The notes under the pieces: generated by a model | What the model was told of the DNA's origin: nothing | The model's database searches: none | Seen by the model: the letters and a program-made list of their open reading frames with translations, nothing else | Program-made: the position numbers and the translations under genes | Shown: positions 1-8,914 of the stretch, piece after piece | How the letters are laid out: every line of letters starts with the position of its first letter | Position numbering within the stretch: position 1 is the stretch's first letter | Assembly: GCA_030147845.1 (NCBI GenBank) | Contig: JASBUN010000022.1 | Coordinates: 6,152 to 70,151 of the forward strand | Length of the DNA: 64,000 bases | From: Gammaproteobacteria bacterium | GTDB taxonomy: Bacteria > Pseudomonadota > Gammaproteobacteria > JASBUN01 | Direction of reading: 5' to 3'

Positions 1-1063
1 TTCGTATGGGAATGGCGAGCGTTCGTGCAGCGCCAAGAGTCCGGAATGAAAATCGCGAGGCAGTGCGCTGTTGGCGCGTGCTGCATACATCATGCGGCGG
101 GCGACATCGGCCTCAGCGACAGCACAGCGGGCATGCGGGCTGACTTGTGTTGTGAGTATGTGGCGAATACCTAACTCCGATGCAATGCCGAAAAGAACGG
201 CATTGATGCCTGCGGTATCAGCATCCGTCAATTCGGTCACATTGCCGATTCCCATCAATATTTCAACGTCCGGATGTTTACGGCGTAAGTTCCGGTAACG
301 CACCAGCGATTCCGTAAAACCGTGTTGGATGGGGTCAAGTATGGGATCGACAATATAGCGCAATTGGTGTTGATCGAGCGCATTCATCGCCTCTGTTAAA
401 GAATCGAGATCGCCCGAAACGGCGGGAATTATAACCGGAATAGAAGGCACTTCGTGGGCGATCCACAGTGTCTTCGTGGTCAGACTGAGTAGATAGTCTG
501 CGCCCACATGGCCGCCGCGCAGCAGCTCGTCGGAATTCATCGAATCGACGCTGACGCGATATCCCTGTTCTCGCAGAGCGATCACGGATTGCTCGAGATG
601 TGGGAACGGCGTGTCGGGCAGACAGCCAATGTCAATGACATCCGCGCCGGCTGCGCCGTAACGTTCCGCTTGCGCCACGATCTCATCAATCGACATGTAC
701 GGTGCATCGACAATTTCCGCGAATATTGTCGTATCGTGACGGCTCAAATCAGGCTGTATTCGTTCATGACCAAAAAAAACCGGTATGTCTTTCAATTCAT
801 CCGGCCCGCGACGGACGGGTACGCCCAGTTTGCTTGACAGCGTATCGATATCGCCGCGGCAGCGTCCGGGGATGACAATGCCGTCGAACGCTGTCACTTC
901 GCCGATACGTCTGGCGATCATGTCCGTCGTCATCAAGGCGGCTACGCTTACACCTAGTTGCCGAATTTGATACGTAAAATCGCTACCCTGCATTTTCCCG
1001 AGAACCGAGCGCAAGTTATTTTCCGCGAGTTTGCCGGTCAGGAACAGCAGATGTTCAGACATT
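1..1063 (-). CDS. Pterin-binding DHPS-like protein (dihydropteroate-synthase-like; H4MPT/pterin biosynthesis-associated). 5' end complete (ATG at 1063), 3' end runs off the window
   Basis: Manual reverse-complement translation is open from the ATG at 1061-1063 (MSEHLLFLTGK...) to position 1, which is why it is absent from the ORF track. Contains a DHPS-like motif (GAAGADVIDIGCLPDTPFP). Co-oriented with PTPS-like and flavoprotein genes. Confidence 0.6.
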
Positions 1064-1676
1064 GTAGCCGCTCCGCAAGCGCCGACTCGAGATCATGTAA
1101 CGTGGTTATCACTTGTGTTCCAGAATGGCTGGATAATCTTTTCGTGTGCTCGAGATCGATAGGCCGCGGATAAACCGGTACCTCTTTTCCGGGTGCTTCG
1201 GTACGCATGATTGGTTGTGTATCGCAGGCGAAAACGAGGGAAGGAATGCGACATTTTCCGGCTTGCGCATAGATGTTGGTTACCAGAGTATCCGAAATTC
1301 CGAGTACGCATTTGGCTACCGTATTGGAGGTGGCGGGTGCGACGACCAAGGTATGGTAGTGGTTTTCATAAAAAAGACCGACGGGTGGAGCACTGGCCGC
1401 ATTGTCGCGAAATATTCTCACTTCTTTGCGCAGATGAGCCAGATCGTAACCGTATACCTGCAACACTTCGGCTCCGGCTTTGCTCAGGAACAGATCGACA
1501 TTTTTGGTTTTGCCGATCAGTTCCAGACACTCGCGTAGATAATGTCCAGAGCCGGTAATGGCCCACGCCAGTCGTGGCACTGTGTCGCTATTGTTCGGCA
1601 CCAACCCATCTCCGATAAACTCCCCACTGTTGATCGGCTTCCTCAACCGCGACTTGAACTTCAACCGCACGCCCAA
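1038..1676 (-). CDS. HFCD-family flavoprotein (flavodoxin-like, CoaC/AfpA-like); candidate dihydromethanopterin-reductase-type flavoprotein
   Basis: Motifs AITGSG...LVVAPATSNTVAKCVLGISDTLV are typical of HFCD flavoproteins. The ORF overlaps the upstream PTPS-like gene by about 89 nt, so the true start is probably an internal TTG/GTG near 1601-1604. Confidence 0.55.
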   Translation of the reverse strand: MGVRLKFKSRLRKPINSGEFIGDGLVPNNSDTVPRLAWAITGSGHYLRECLELIGKTKNVDLFLSKAGAEVLQVYGYDLAHLRKEVRIFRDNAASAPPVGLFYENHYHTLVVAPATSNTVAKCVLGISDTLVTNIYAQAGKCRIPSLVFACDTQPIMRTEAPGKEVPVYPRPIDLEHTKRLSSHSGTQVITTLHDLESALAERLQCLNICCS

Positions 1677-2169
1677 GTGCGTTGTTAGACTGCAGGCGAG
1701 CGATCAGGGAATCGGCAATGTAATAGGCGAGTAGTTCGGCAGTCGTATTCGCAATCGGTAATACGGCGCAGTTTTCGTCCGGGAAGTTGAACCGCTTTCC
1801 GTGGCTGTTAACCTCAATCATACCGTGCCGGCGCTCCAAGTTGACTTCGGCGCTACTTCCGGGCAGTAAAATGCGATCGTGTAACGTATCGCAAATTTCG
1901 GCTGCATAGCGTGTAAGCTGGACAAAATCCACAACAAAACCATCAGAATTGTTGTCGCCGTTCACGTCAACACGCACGTGAAAGTTATGACCGTGCAGAT
2001 TTTCGCAGGTGTCGTCAAAGGTGATGAAGTGCGCTGCGCTAAAGCGTAGTTCACCAGGGTGGACCGATACGGAAAAAGAATTTAACGATTGACGCACGAA
2101 CAGCTCCTCGACAATCCGGCTTGAATTCCAATGATAACGCAATTCGCGTGCCAGAGTGTATTTGGGCAC
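1588..2169 (-). CDS. 6-pyruvoyl-tetrahydropterin synthase (PTPS/QueD-like) family protein
   Basis: CENLHGHNF zinc/catalytic motif and length are typical of the PTPS family. Confidence 0.7.
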   Translation of the reverse strand: MPKYTLARELRYHWNSSRIVEELFVRQSLNSFSVSVHPGELRFSAAHFITFDDTCENLHGHNFHVRVDVNGDNNSDGFVVDFVQLTRYAAEICDTLHDRILLPGSSAEVNLERRHGMIEVNSHGKRFNFPDENCAVLPIANTTAELLAYYIADSLIARLQSNNALGRAVEVQVAVEEADQQWGVYRRWVGAEQ

Positions 2170-2234
2170 GACGTCGGGTTGCGACGAGCGCGCTCGAGGT
2201 CGTGGGCCCTAGCGTGGGTGTGCTGAAGATAGTG

Positions 2235-4205
2235 CTAACGTGGTGGTTTGATTCCGTATCGTTTCATTTTTCGATACAGGGTGTTCCGGCTCAGGCCGAG
2301 CTTGCGCGCCGCCTTGGCAATATTCCACCGTAAAGCTTCCAGTTCACGAAGTAGGGCCGTGCACTCGGCCATCGACAACGGGTCATCGAATGGCGTTTCC
2401 GGCTCAACTTGTTCAACCGTTTGTTCACTGGGCGCCGACAGAACGGTTGGTTGCTTTACCTCCGGCGGAAGATCGTCTACAGAAATGGCTTTACCGCCGC
2501 ACAAGGCGACCAGTGTCCTTAATATATTGCAGAGTTGCCGAATGTTGCCCGGCCAACTGTAGCGGGCAAGTATCTCCAAGGCTTCGTGGGTAATCGTCGC
2601 GTCGACATTGGCGCGATTTTGTTCCAACCAGAGCAATTTGGCGATGAGCTCGCGTTTATCGGTACGCGCTCGTAGCGCCGGCATGGTGATGCTCATTCCA
2701 TGCAAGCGGTAAAATAAATCTTCACGGAAGCGCCCGCTCTCCATTAATTCGGGCAAACTGCGGTGGGTGGCGCTTATGATGTTTACGTCGACTTTTTCAG
2801 GCGTTTCGCCACCAAGAGGTACGACTTCCTTTTCTTCCAGCACCCGCAATAATCGTGCTTGCAAAGCCAGCGGCATATCACCGATTTCGTCGAGAAACAG
2901 GCTTCCACCATTCGCCTGCGCAATTTTTCCTCGGCTACCTTTTCGGTTTGCGCCCGTAAATGCGCCAGGACGATAGCCAAACAGTTCACTTTCGATGAGC
3001 GATTCCGGAATGGAGGCGCAGTTCACAGCGATGAATGGCTTTCCTTGACGAACACTGCCATCGTGGAACGCTTTGGCAAATACGCCTTTGCCGGTACCCG
3101 TTTCGCCATATATGAGTAACGGGATATCCCGATCGGTGATCATGCGCGCGCGGCGGATATTTTCAGAAATTACGGCGTCGCTCGATTCCAAATGCTCGAA
3201 GCCGGCGCTTGTAGTGCGCTCGCGCTGCGGTCGTCCCTCGTCACTATCCCGCCTGGAGACCGGCGCGGGCGTTTTCAACGCGGCTTCCGGCAGTTGAACG
3301 ATACCGAAGAAGCGCCGGCCATCTTTGCTAGTGTGTATCGGCGTCGGATGGAAAGATTGACGTCGGCCGAGTGCGAGTAGTGCGTCGAGTGTGGTGTCGA
3401 ACACTTGGCTCAACGATTGACCCAGTACGTTGTCGCATTTGAGTCCGAGTTGGAACAGTGCGCTACGGTTGGCGCCAAGTACGTTGCCGGACCCGTCGAA
3501 CGCCAGCGCACCTTCGCCCAAGGTGCTAACAAATTCAGGCCGACTATGAAACCGCAGTATGAAGTCGTTTCGAAAGGCGCAAAGAAACAGGCGATTCTCG
3601 ATGGTCTGAGCCGACATGTTAACCAGTACCATCGTATGCTGCTGCGCCATACTGGACTCACTTGACGCATCTAATATCGCGATGGTCTTGCCGCGCGGAT
3701 CGACAATGGGCGCCGCCGAACACGTGAGGCCGGTATGCTGAGCGAGGAAGTGCGCCTCTTTGTGCACTACCAACGGTCTGCACTCGATTATGCAGGTTCC
3801 CATACCGTTGGTGCCTTGTGCCTCCTCGCTCCAGACCGCACCGTTTTGCAACCCGCTTCGGGCAGCGGCGTTGGTGAACAGTGGATCCCCTACATAGTTA
3901 AGTATCACGCCGTCCATGTCGGTAAGAAGAATGGCATAGCCGGAACCAGCCACTTGCTGGTAAAGACTGGTCATCTCATTCTTCGCCAATGCCAACAGGC
4001 GTGCCAAACGTTCTTGACGCTCATTGAGATCGGCGTGCGCGATGACGACCGGTTCGCGCCGGGCTAATGGGTCGAGTTGATAGTCGGCCGTACACCTTTG
4101 CCAGGATGTACGTACGGCGGGGTCCATTTGTGCAATTGCGTCTCGATTACCGGCTAGCACCGAATCGATTAACCGGATGTGTTCAGATGGCTGCGGATAT
4201 TGCAT
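2235..4205 (-). CDS. Sigma-54-dependent transcriptional activator, AcoR-like (N-terminal GAF-type sensor, AAA+ sigma-54 interaction domain, C-terminal Fis-type HTH)
   Basis: GETGTGKGVFAKAFH Walker A; ESELFGY...GAFTGA GAFTGA motif; C-terminal LSRNTLYRKMKRYGI HTH; 656 aa. Confidence 0.85.
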   Translation of the reverse strand: MQYPQPSEHIRLIDSVLAGNRDAIAQMDPAVRTSWQRCTADYQLDPLARREPVVIAHADLNERQERLARLLALAKNEMTSLYQQVAGSGYAILLTDMDGVILNYVGDPLFTNAAARSGLQNGAVWSEEAQGTNGMGTCIIECRPLVVHKEAHFLAQHTGLTCSAAPIVDPRGKTIAILDASSESSMAQQHTMVLVNMSAQTIENRLFLCAFRNDFILRFHSRPEFVSTLGEGALAFDGSGNVLGANRSALFQLGLKCDNVLGQSLSQVFDTTLDALLALGRRQSFHPTPIHTSKDGRRFFGIVQLPEAALKTPAPVSRRDSDEGRPQRERTTSAGFEHLESSDAVISENIRRARMITDRDIPLLIYGETGTGKGVFAKAFHDGSVRQGKPFIAVNCASIPESLIESELFGYRPGAFTGANRKGSRGKIAQANGGSLFLDEIGDMPLALQARLLRVLEEKEVVPLGGETPEKVDVNIISATHRSLPELMESGRFREDLFYRLHGMSITMPALRARTDKRELIAKLLWLEQNRANVDATITHEALEILARYSWPGNIRQLCNILRTLVALCGGKAISVDDLPPEVKQPTVLSAPSEQTVEQVEPETPFDDPLSMAECTALLRELEALRWNIAKAARKLGLSRNTLYRKMKRYGIKPPR

Positions 4206-5046
4206 AGGTCACCTAGTGCCGGACAGTAAAGAGGCAATCGAACGTTACCTTGTCAGGCGCGATTGCGCATTTATCGTTATGCGTTGGCGAAAAGGCTTCC
4301 TTGCAGCAACGCCGGCTAAATTCACGTGCAATATATAGGCCGAGTCTATGCTGGGGTGCTCGGGTCAGCGCACTACCAGCACGATAGGTGATCGGATCGC
4401 AAGCGAACCACTTGGTTCATCGGTTCCAACGTTCCGTCTCCTAGCCGCGCCCCCAATAAAACATACAAAAAACACGCTGTAAAGGAGCGGTTAATCGGTA
4501 GGCCTGCCGGCTTGTAAATTAATGTGTCAGTTTTGGCGCATTCCGGCTTATGTTGCCGTTACGGTCGCCAGTAAATTTTCGCACCGTCGTCCGTGATGCA
4601 CGGGGTCCGGGAGTTTCAGTCGGCGTTGGCCGTGCGTTGAACTCGAACGGGTAACGTGATCACCCGACTAGGCCAGCCAGCACGCGGTGCAGCAAAACCG
4701 TAACCGACTGTCGAGCCAGCTAGCATGCCGGTCGTATACCCGCATTGCGGTGCGTTGAGCGCGGCGAAATGAGGTTAGGTTTAGCGCGCTTACTGATCGA
4801 AACTCATTTTGTCAGTCGTGGTTAGCCGGTCGATGTCGTTACCAGTGGGTCTGCTACGGTGGGCGTGCCCATCACGCGCATCAGTATATAAGTACATTAA
4901 TGTATTGTCAGTTTTCGTACTGCTCGCGCTGCGCTTTTCGCCAGCATGGTGACGTCAATCGTGGCAACCGGAGTGCAATCGGCGGGCGTGTCGTACTTAT
5001 TTCCCGCTGTATCGATCGCACACTGTATCACCCAGGTGGCACTGTC

Positions 5047-5062
5047 GTTGCCGTTGTGCTGC
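5047..5062 (+). promoter_or_regulatory. Candidate sigma-54 (-24/-12) promoter TGGCAC-N5-TTGC
   Basis: TGGCACtgtcgTTGCC matches the GG-N10-GC spacing and the TGGCAC/TTGC consensus exactly. Lies about 370 bp upstream of the ABC operon start and divergent from the sigma-54 activator. Confidence 0.5.
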
Positions 5063-5217
5063 CGAGAAGAGACAGTTGAGTTCTCGTCCATTCCGCCGCA
5101 CCGGACGCGCGTTCGCGCAACAATGCATACCTATACCGACGGATCGTGCGTGTGCGGTACGTCAGGCGTGCAATGTGGATCAATTGTACGTTTAACATCG
5201 AAACCGTATTAACTCTT

Positions 5218-5233
5218 GGCACACCTCATGCAT
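5218..5233 (+). promoter_or_regulatory. Second candidate sigma-54 promoter (TGGCAC-N5-ATGCA)
   Basis: TGGCACacctcATGCA has correct GG-N10-GC spacing and a conserved -24 element, but ATGC instead of TTGC at -12. Lies about 195 bp upstream of 5427. Confidence 0.35.
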
Positions 5234-5426
5234 ACGCAGACCTAATACGAATTTTTCCGATGCACCGGATTGTCAGTCGCAAAGTAGGCACGCATTCGTT
5301 GTGTAGTCGATAAACGCGACGTGCGAGAAAAGCGAATCGGCACGTTAAAGGTGCGGCCAAAATTTTGGTCTCGTCCACGGTTTTGGATGAGGACGTAGTC
5401 GGCAGTCCGTCAGTTGGCCGCGGCAT

Positions 5427-6266
5427 TTGATTCGATCCGGAATTCAAAGAGCGACGTTTATGAATACAGTGGTGCGTAACGAAAAATATTGGCTCATGGC
5501 TGCCGGCTATATCGGCGCGATTTTTCTCTGGTACGCCAGCGTTAAGTGGTTACCAATAAGTTCGTTCAATAGACTTCCCGACCCGCTGTCGGTGATTCGC
5601 GAATGGCTTAGCCCGGACCCGAGCTACGGCATCTCCATTTTTACCAGCGACTACTACGTACATATTTGGTACAGCACCTATCGCGCCTTCACAGCATTTT
5701 TTCTCGCCGTTCTGCTCGGCGTTCCATTGGGAATCTTTATGGGGTGGAATGCGAAATTTCGTGAATTTTCCGGTGCCCTGGTGGGCTTGCTACGACCAAT
5801 ACCGCCCCTGGCATGGGTGCCTCTGGCTATTCTACTGTTTCCGGGTGTCGAGCCGGCGGTCATCTTCGTGACTTTTCTAGTGGCGTTCTTCGCCACCACG
5901 ATGAACACCCTGGTAGGCGTGAGATCCATCGACGAGGATTATTTCCGCGCTGCGCGTTGCCTTGGTGCCAGTCGGACCGACATCCTTCGTGACGTCATTG
6001 TCCCAGGAGCACTTCCGCATATTTTTACCGGTCTGCAAATCGCGATGGGAGCCGCGTGGTTCTCACTCGTCGCGGGCGAAATGATCGCTGCGCAATATGG
6101 GCTCGGATATGTGATTTGGGAAGCCTACAACTTGATCCAGTATCCAACTATTGTGATTGGCATGGCGACACTAGGGATTGTCGGATTTCTTAGCAGCGCT
6201 GCAATTCGATGGGTCGGTCAGCGGCTTATGCAGTGGCGTGAAGAATCGCTCGGCCTCGGAGGTTGA
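5427..6266 (+). CDS. ABC transporter permease, NitT/TauT family (nitrate/sulfonate/bicarbonate type), permease 1 of a hetero-oligomeric system
   Basis: Multi-TM protein with the conserved loop AARCLGASRTDILRDVIVPGALPHIFTGLQIAMGAAWFSLVAGEMIAA, typical of SsuC/TauC/NrtB-type permeases. Confidence 0.8.
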   Translation: MIRSGIQRATFMNTVVRNEKYWLMAAGYIGAIFLWYASVKWLPISSFNRLPDPLSVIREWLSPDPSYGISIFTSDYYVHIWYSTYRAFTAFFLAVLLGVPLGIFMGWNAKFREFSGALVGLLRPIPPLAWVPLAILLFPGVEPAVIFVTFLVAFFATTMNTLVGVRSIDEDYFRAARCLGASRTDILRDVIVPGALPHIFTGLQIAMGAAWFSLVAGEMIAAQYGLGYVIWEAYNLIQYPTIVIGMATLGIVGFLSSAAIRWVGQRLMQWREESLGLGG

Positions 6267-6270
6267 CGGC

Positions 6271-7155
6271 ATGGAACAGGTAATGAAGCGCGATCGGGGC
6301 TCGAACAATAGCGAGGGATTGGCGCCAAGACCCGAGTTCGGGAAACTGTCGATCCGGAACGCGGGAAAAACGTATGACCCACAGGGTTCGGCCGTCGTCG
6401 CCGTGCATGATTGCAGCATTGAGATAGAGGCCGGCGATTTTGTAGCGATTGTCGGCCCCTCGGGGTGTGGCAAGAGCACTTTAATGAATGTGCTTGCGGG
6501 ATTCGATAACGTCACGAGTGGCGAAGTGTATCTTGACGACTCCTTGCTTGCGTCTCCGCGACAAGCTCCAAGCCCAGGGGCAGATCGCGTCGTGGTGTTT
6601 CAAAACGGAGCTTTATTTCCTTGGAAAACGGTGCTTGAAAATGTCACCTATGGATTACTAAAGACGAACGCGATGAGCCGCGCTTCCGCCGAAGAGAAGG
6701 CGAAGGATTTTCTAAGCCGTTGCGGTGGGCTCGATAAGGTAATGCGCTCATACCCGGCACAACTTTCGTCCGGCATGCAGCGGCGTGTGGAAATTGTACG
6801 TGCCTTGGTCAACGAACCCAGAATCCTGCTATTGGATGAGCCGTTTCGTGCGATGGACACCATTTCAAAAACGACCATGCATCAGCACCTTCTGAAAATG
6901 TATAGCACATGCCGAAGAACGATCGTGTTTATCACACATGATTTGGAAGAGGCGATTTATTTGTCAGATAAAGTCATTGTCATGACGACTCGTCCGGGGA
7001 CGGTGAAGCTGGAGTTAACGGTTCCGTTGCCAAGGCCAAGGACGCCGGAGATGACGGCTTCGGTCGAATACATGGACCTAAAAAAAGAAGCAATAGAATC
7101 GGTGCATGAAGAAGCGAAAAAGGCGTTTGAACGTGGTGAGCGAGAATTGGCGTAA
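6271..7155 (+). CDS. ABC transporter ATP-binding protein, NitT/TauT family (ATPase 1)
   Basis: Walker A GPSGCGKST, signature LSSGMQRRV, Walker B LLLDEP. Start taken at the internal ATG at 6271 with a GGAGG RBS; the ORF-track start at 6178 would overlap the permease. Confidence 0.85.
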   Translation: MEQVMKRDRGSNNSEGLAPRPEFGKLSIRNAGKTYDPQGSAVVAVHDCSIEIEAGDFVAIVGPSGCGKSTLMNVLAGFDNVTSGEVYLDDSLLASPRQAPSPGADRVVVFQNGALFPWKTVLENVTYGLLKTNAMSRASAEEKAKDFLSRCGGLDKVMRSYPAQLSSGMQRRVEIVRALVNEPRILLLDEPFRAMDTISKTTMHQHLLKMYSTCRRTIVFITHDLEEAIYLSDKVIVMTTRPGTVKLELTVPLPRPRTPEMTASVEYMDLKKEAIESVHEEAKKAFERGERELA

Positions 7156-7166
7156 GGGGAGTTGAT

Positions 7167-8012
7167 ATGCCGGATGTGGAAGAATCCATCAGAGCCGCGC
7201 ATGCAGTGAAGTCGGAGCGCTCGACGAACAACACCAAGCGTGCGTTTCGGCTGAGAATTCCACGCATTCGATGGCGCGGCGCGCTTGCTATCGTTGGATT
7301 TTTTATTCTGTGGGATCTATTGGTACGTAACCAAGCCCCGGGGTTTGATTCGATTCCGTCGCCACTGGCTGTGATTCAGATATTTTTTAAGCAGTTTGCT
7401 TTCACGGCGACATATTGGCATTCGTGGTTTGTTAGTTTTCAGCGGGTAATGTATGGCTTCATCCTGGCGCAGCTTTTGGGCATCCCGTTGGGTTTGATTT
7501 TGGGAACACGAAAGAGAGTAAATTATCTACTGTTTCCGATTATCGAACTGCTCCGGCCGATCCCACCGTTAGCGTGGGTGCCGCTATCAATTTTGTTTTG
7601 GCCGACGAACGAACTGAGCATCGTCTTCATCACATTCATTGGCGCCTTCTTCATTATCGTCATCAATGTCTATGACGGCGTCAGAACGATAAGAAAAGAA
7701 CACTTCTGGTTGGCCCAATCGTTGGGTGCATCGCAGAGCACCATATTTCGTCGAATTATTATCCCATCCGTAATTCCCTCGATCGCGGTGGGCATGACGC
7801 TCGGAATAGCCGTGACCTGGAACGTTGTTATTGCAGCCGAAATGATCGCTAGCGATAGCGGACTGGGTCGTCTCACCTGGGAAGGCTATGTTAGCGGCTC
7901 GCCGTCGATCGTTGTCGTGGGCATGATCAGCATCGGCATAGCGGGATATCTCTCGACCATCATCGTTGATTACATTGAAAAGCGAATGATGCCTTGGAAA
8001 CAACTTTCGTAA
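7167..8012 (+). CDS. ABC transporter permease, NitT/TauT family (permease 2)
   Basis: Paralogous to the 5427 permease (LRPIPPLAWVPL, AQSLGAS..FRRIIIPS, AAEMIAS motifs); GGGGAG RBS. Confidence 0.8.
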   Translation: MPDVEESIRAAHAVKSERSTNNTKRAFRLRIPRIRWRGALAIVGFFILWDLLVRNQAPGFDSIPSPLAVIQIFFKQFAFTATYWHSWFVSFQRVMYGFILAQLLGIPLGLILGTRKRVNYLLFPIIELLRPIPPLAWVPLSILFWPTNELSIVFITFIGAFFIIVINVYDGVRTIRKEHFWLAQSLGASQSTIFRRIIIPSVIPSIAVGMTLGIAVTWNVVIAAEMIASDSGLGRLTWEGYVSGSPSIVVVGMISIGIAGYLSTIIVDYIEKRMMPWKQLS

Positions 8013-8053
8013 CAAAACCTGTGAGCGAGCGTGGCGGCCGGACGGAGAAGCAC

Positions 8054-8860
8054 ATGAATACGACGAGCGGGGCGTTGGTGGGCAAGAATATTTCGAAGAC
8101 CTACGCCGTCAAGGGTAGGGCGGATGCGGTGGCGCTGAAGGATTGCACGTTCCACTTTGAAGCAAACAAGCTGAACGTAGTCATGGGCACGTCGGGCTGC
8201 GGTAAGTCAACGCTCGCGTATATTCTCGCCGGCTACATTGCGCCGGACGAAGGTAATTTGACCTTGGATGGTCAGCCGGCAAAGGGACCGATCGGTAACC
8301 GGTTAATGGTATTCCAAGAGACCGCGTTGTGGCCGTGGATGACGGTTGAAGACAACGTTACTTTCGGCCCCGTTGTTAGAGGTACGCTCTCACGCGCTCG
8401 CGCCAAGGCGCGCTCGCACGAGTTGTTGGACAAATTTGGGCTCGGTGATTTCAAAACCAAGTATCCAGAGCAGCTATCAGGTGGCATGAAACGGCGCGCG
8501 GAGCTCGCGCAAGCGCTAATCAACAGTCCGGATGTCATGGTTCTCGACGAGCCTTTTCGCGGTCTCGACGTAATGAGTCGGGAGCTGATGCAAGAGTATT
8601 TTCTGCGCCTATTTGAAGACACTGGCCTGACGACGATATTCATCACCTCGGAACTAGAGGAAGCGATTTTTCTTGCTGATCGAATTTACATCATGTCGGA
8701 TGCGCCAGGACGTATAGTGGATGTAATTGAAGTGGACTTACCAAGACCAAGGGAAGTTTCCTGTTTGACCACGGAAAGATACAGAGAGTTGAAGGAAATC
8801 GCGCTGAAATCGCTCTACGGACACATAAAGACGGAAGAGAACGATTTTGCGATAAGTTAG
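8054..8860 (+). CDS. ABC transporter ATP-binding protein, NitT/TauT family (ATPase 2)
   Basis: GTSGCGKST Walker A, LSGGMKRRA signature, VLDEPF Walker B. Internal ATG at 8054 with a GGAG RBS preferred over the track start at 7994. Confidence 0.85.
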   Translation: MNTTSGALVGKNISKTYAVKGRADAVALKDCTFHFEANKLNVVMGTSGCGKSTLAYILAGYIAPDEGNLTLDGQPAKGPIGNRLMVFQETALWPWMTVEDNVTFGPVVRGTLSRARAKARSHELLDKFGLGDFKTKYPEQLSGGMKRRAELAQALINSPDVMVLDEPFRGLDVMSRELMQEYFLRLFEDTGLTTIFITSELEEAIFLADRIYIMSDAPGRIVDVIEVDLPRPREVSCLTTERYRELKEIALKSLYGHIKTEENDFAIS

Positions 8861-8914
8861 CCCGATTTAACAGCCGGAAAAACAACTACTACAGATATAA
8901 AACGAGGAGCGGCT

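Noticed and set aside
4206-5046. Possible IHF site / enhancer (UAS) palindromes in the 1.2-kb regulator-ABC operon intergenic region (for example ATCAATTGTACGTTTAA near 5185)
   Set aside because: Matches to the WATCAANNNNTTR consensus are imperfect and no convincing long inverted repeat was found by eye; needs a computational scan.
5226-5447. 73-aa minus-strand ORF overlapping the sigma-54 promoter region and the permease start
   Set aside because: No RBS, overlaps regulatory elements, low-complexity sequence; likely a spurious ORF.
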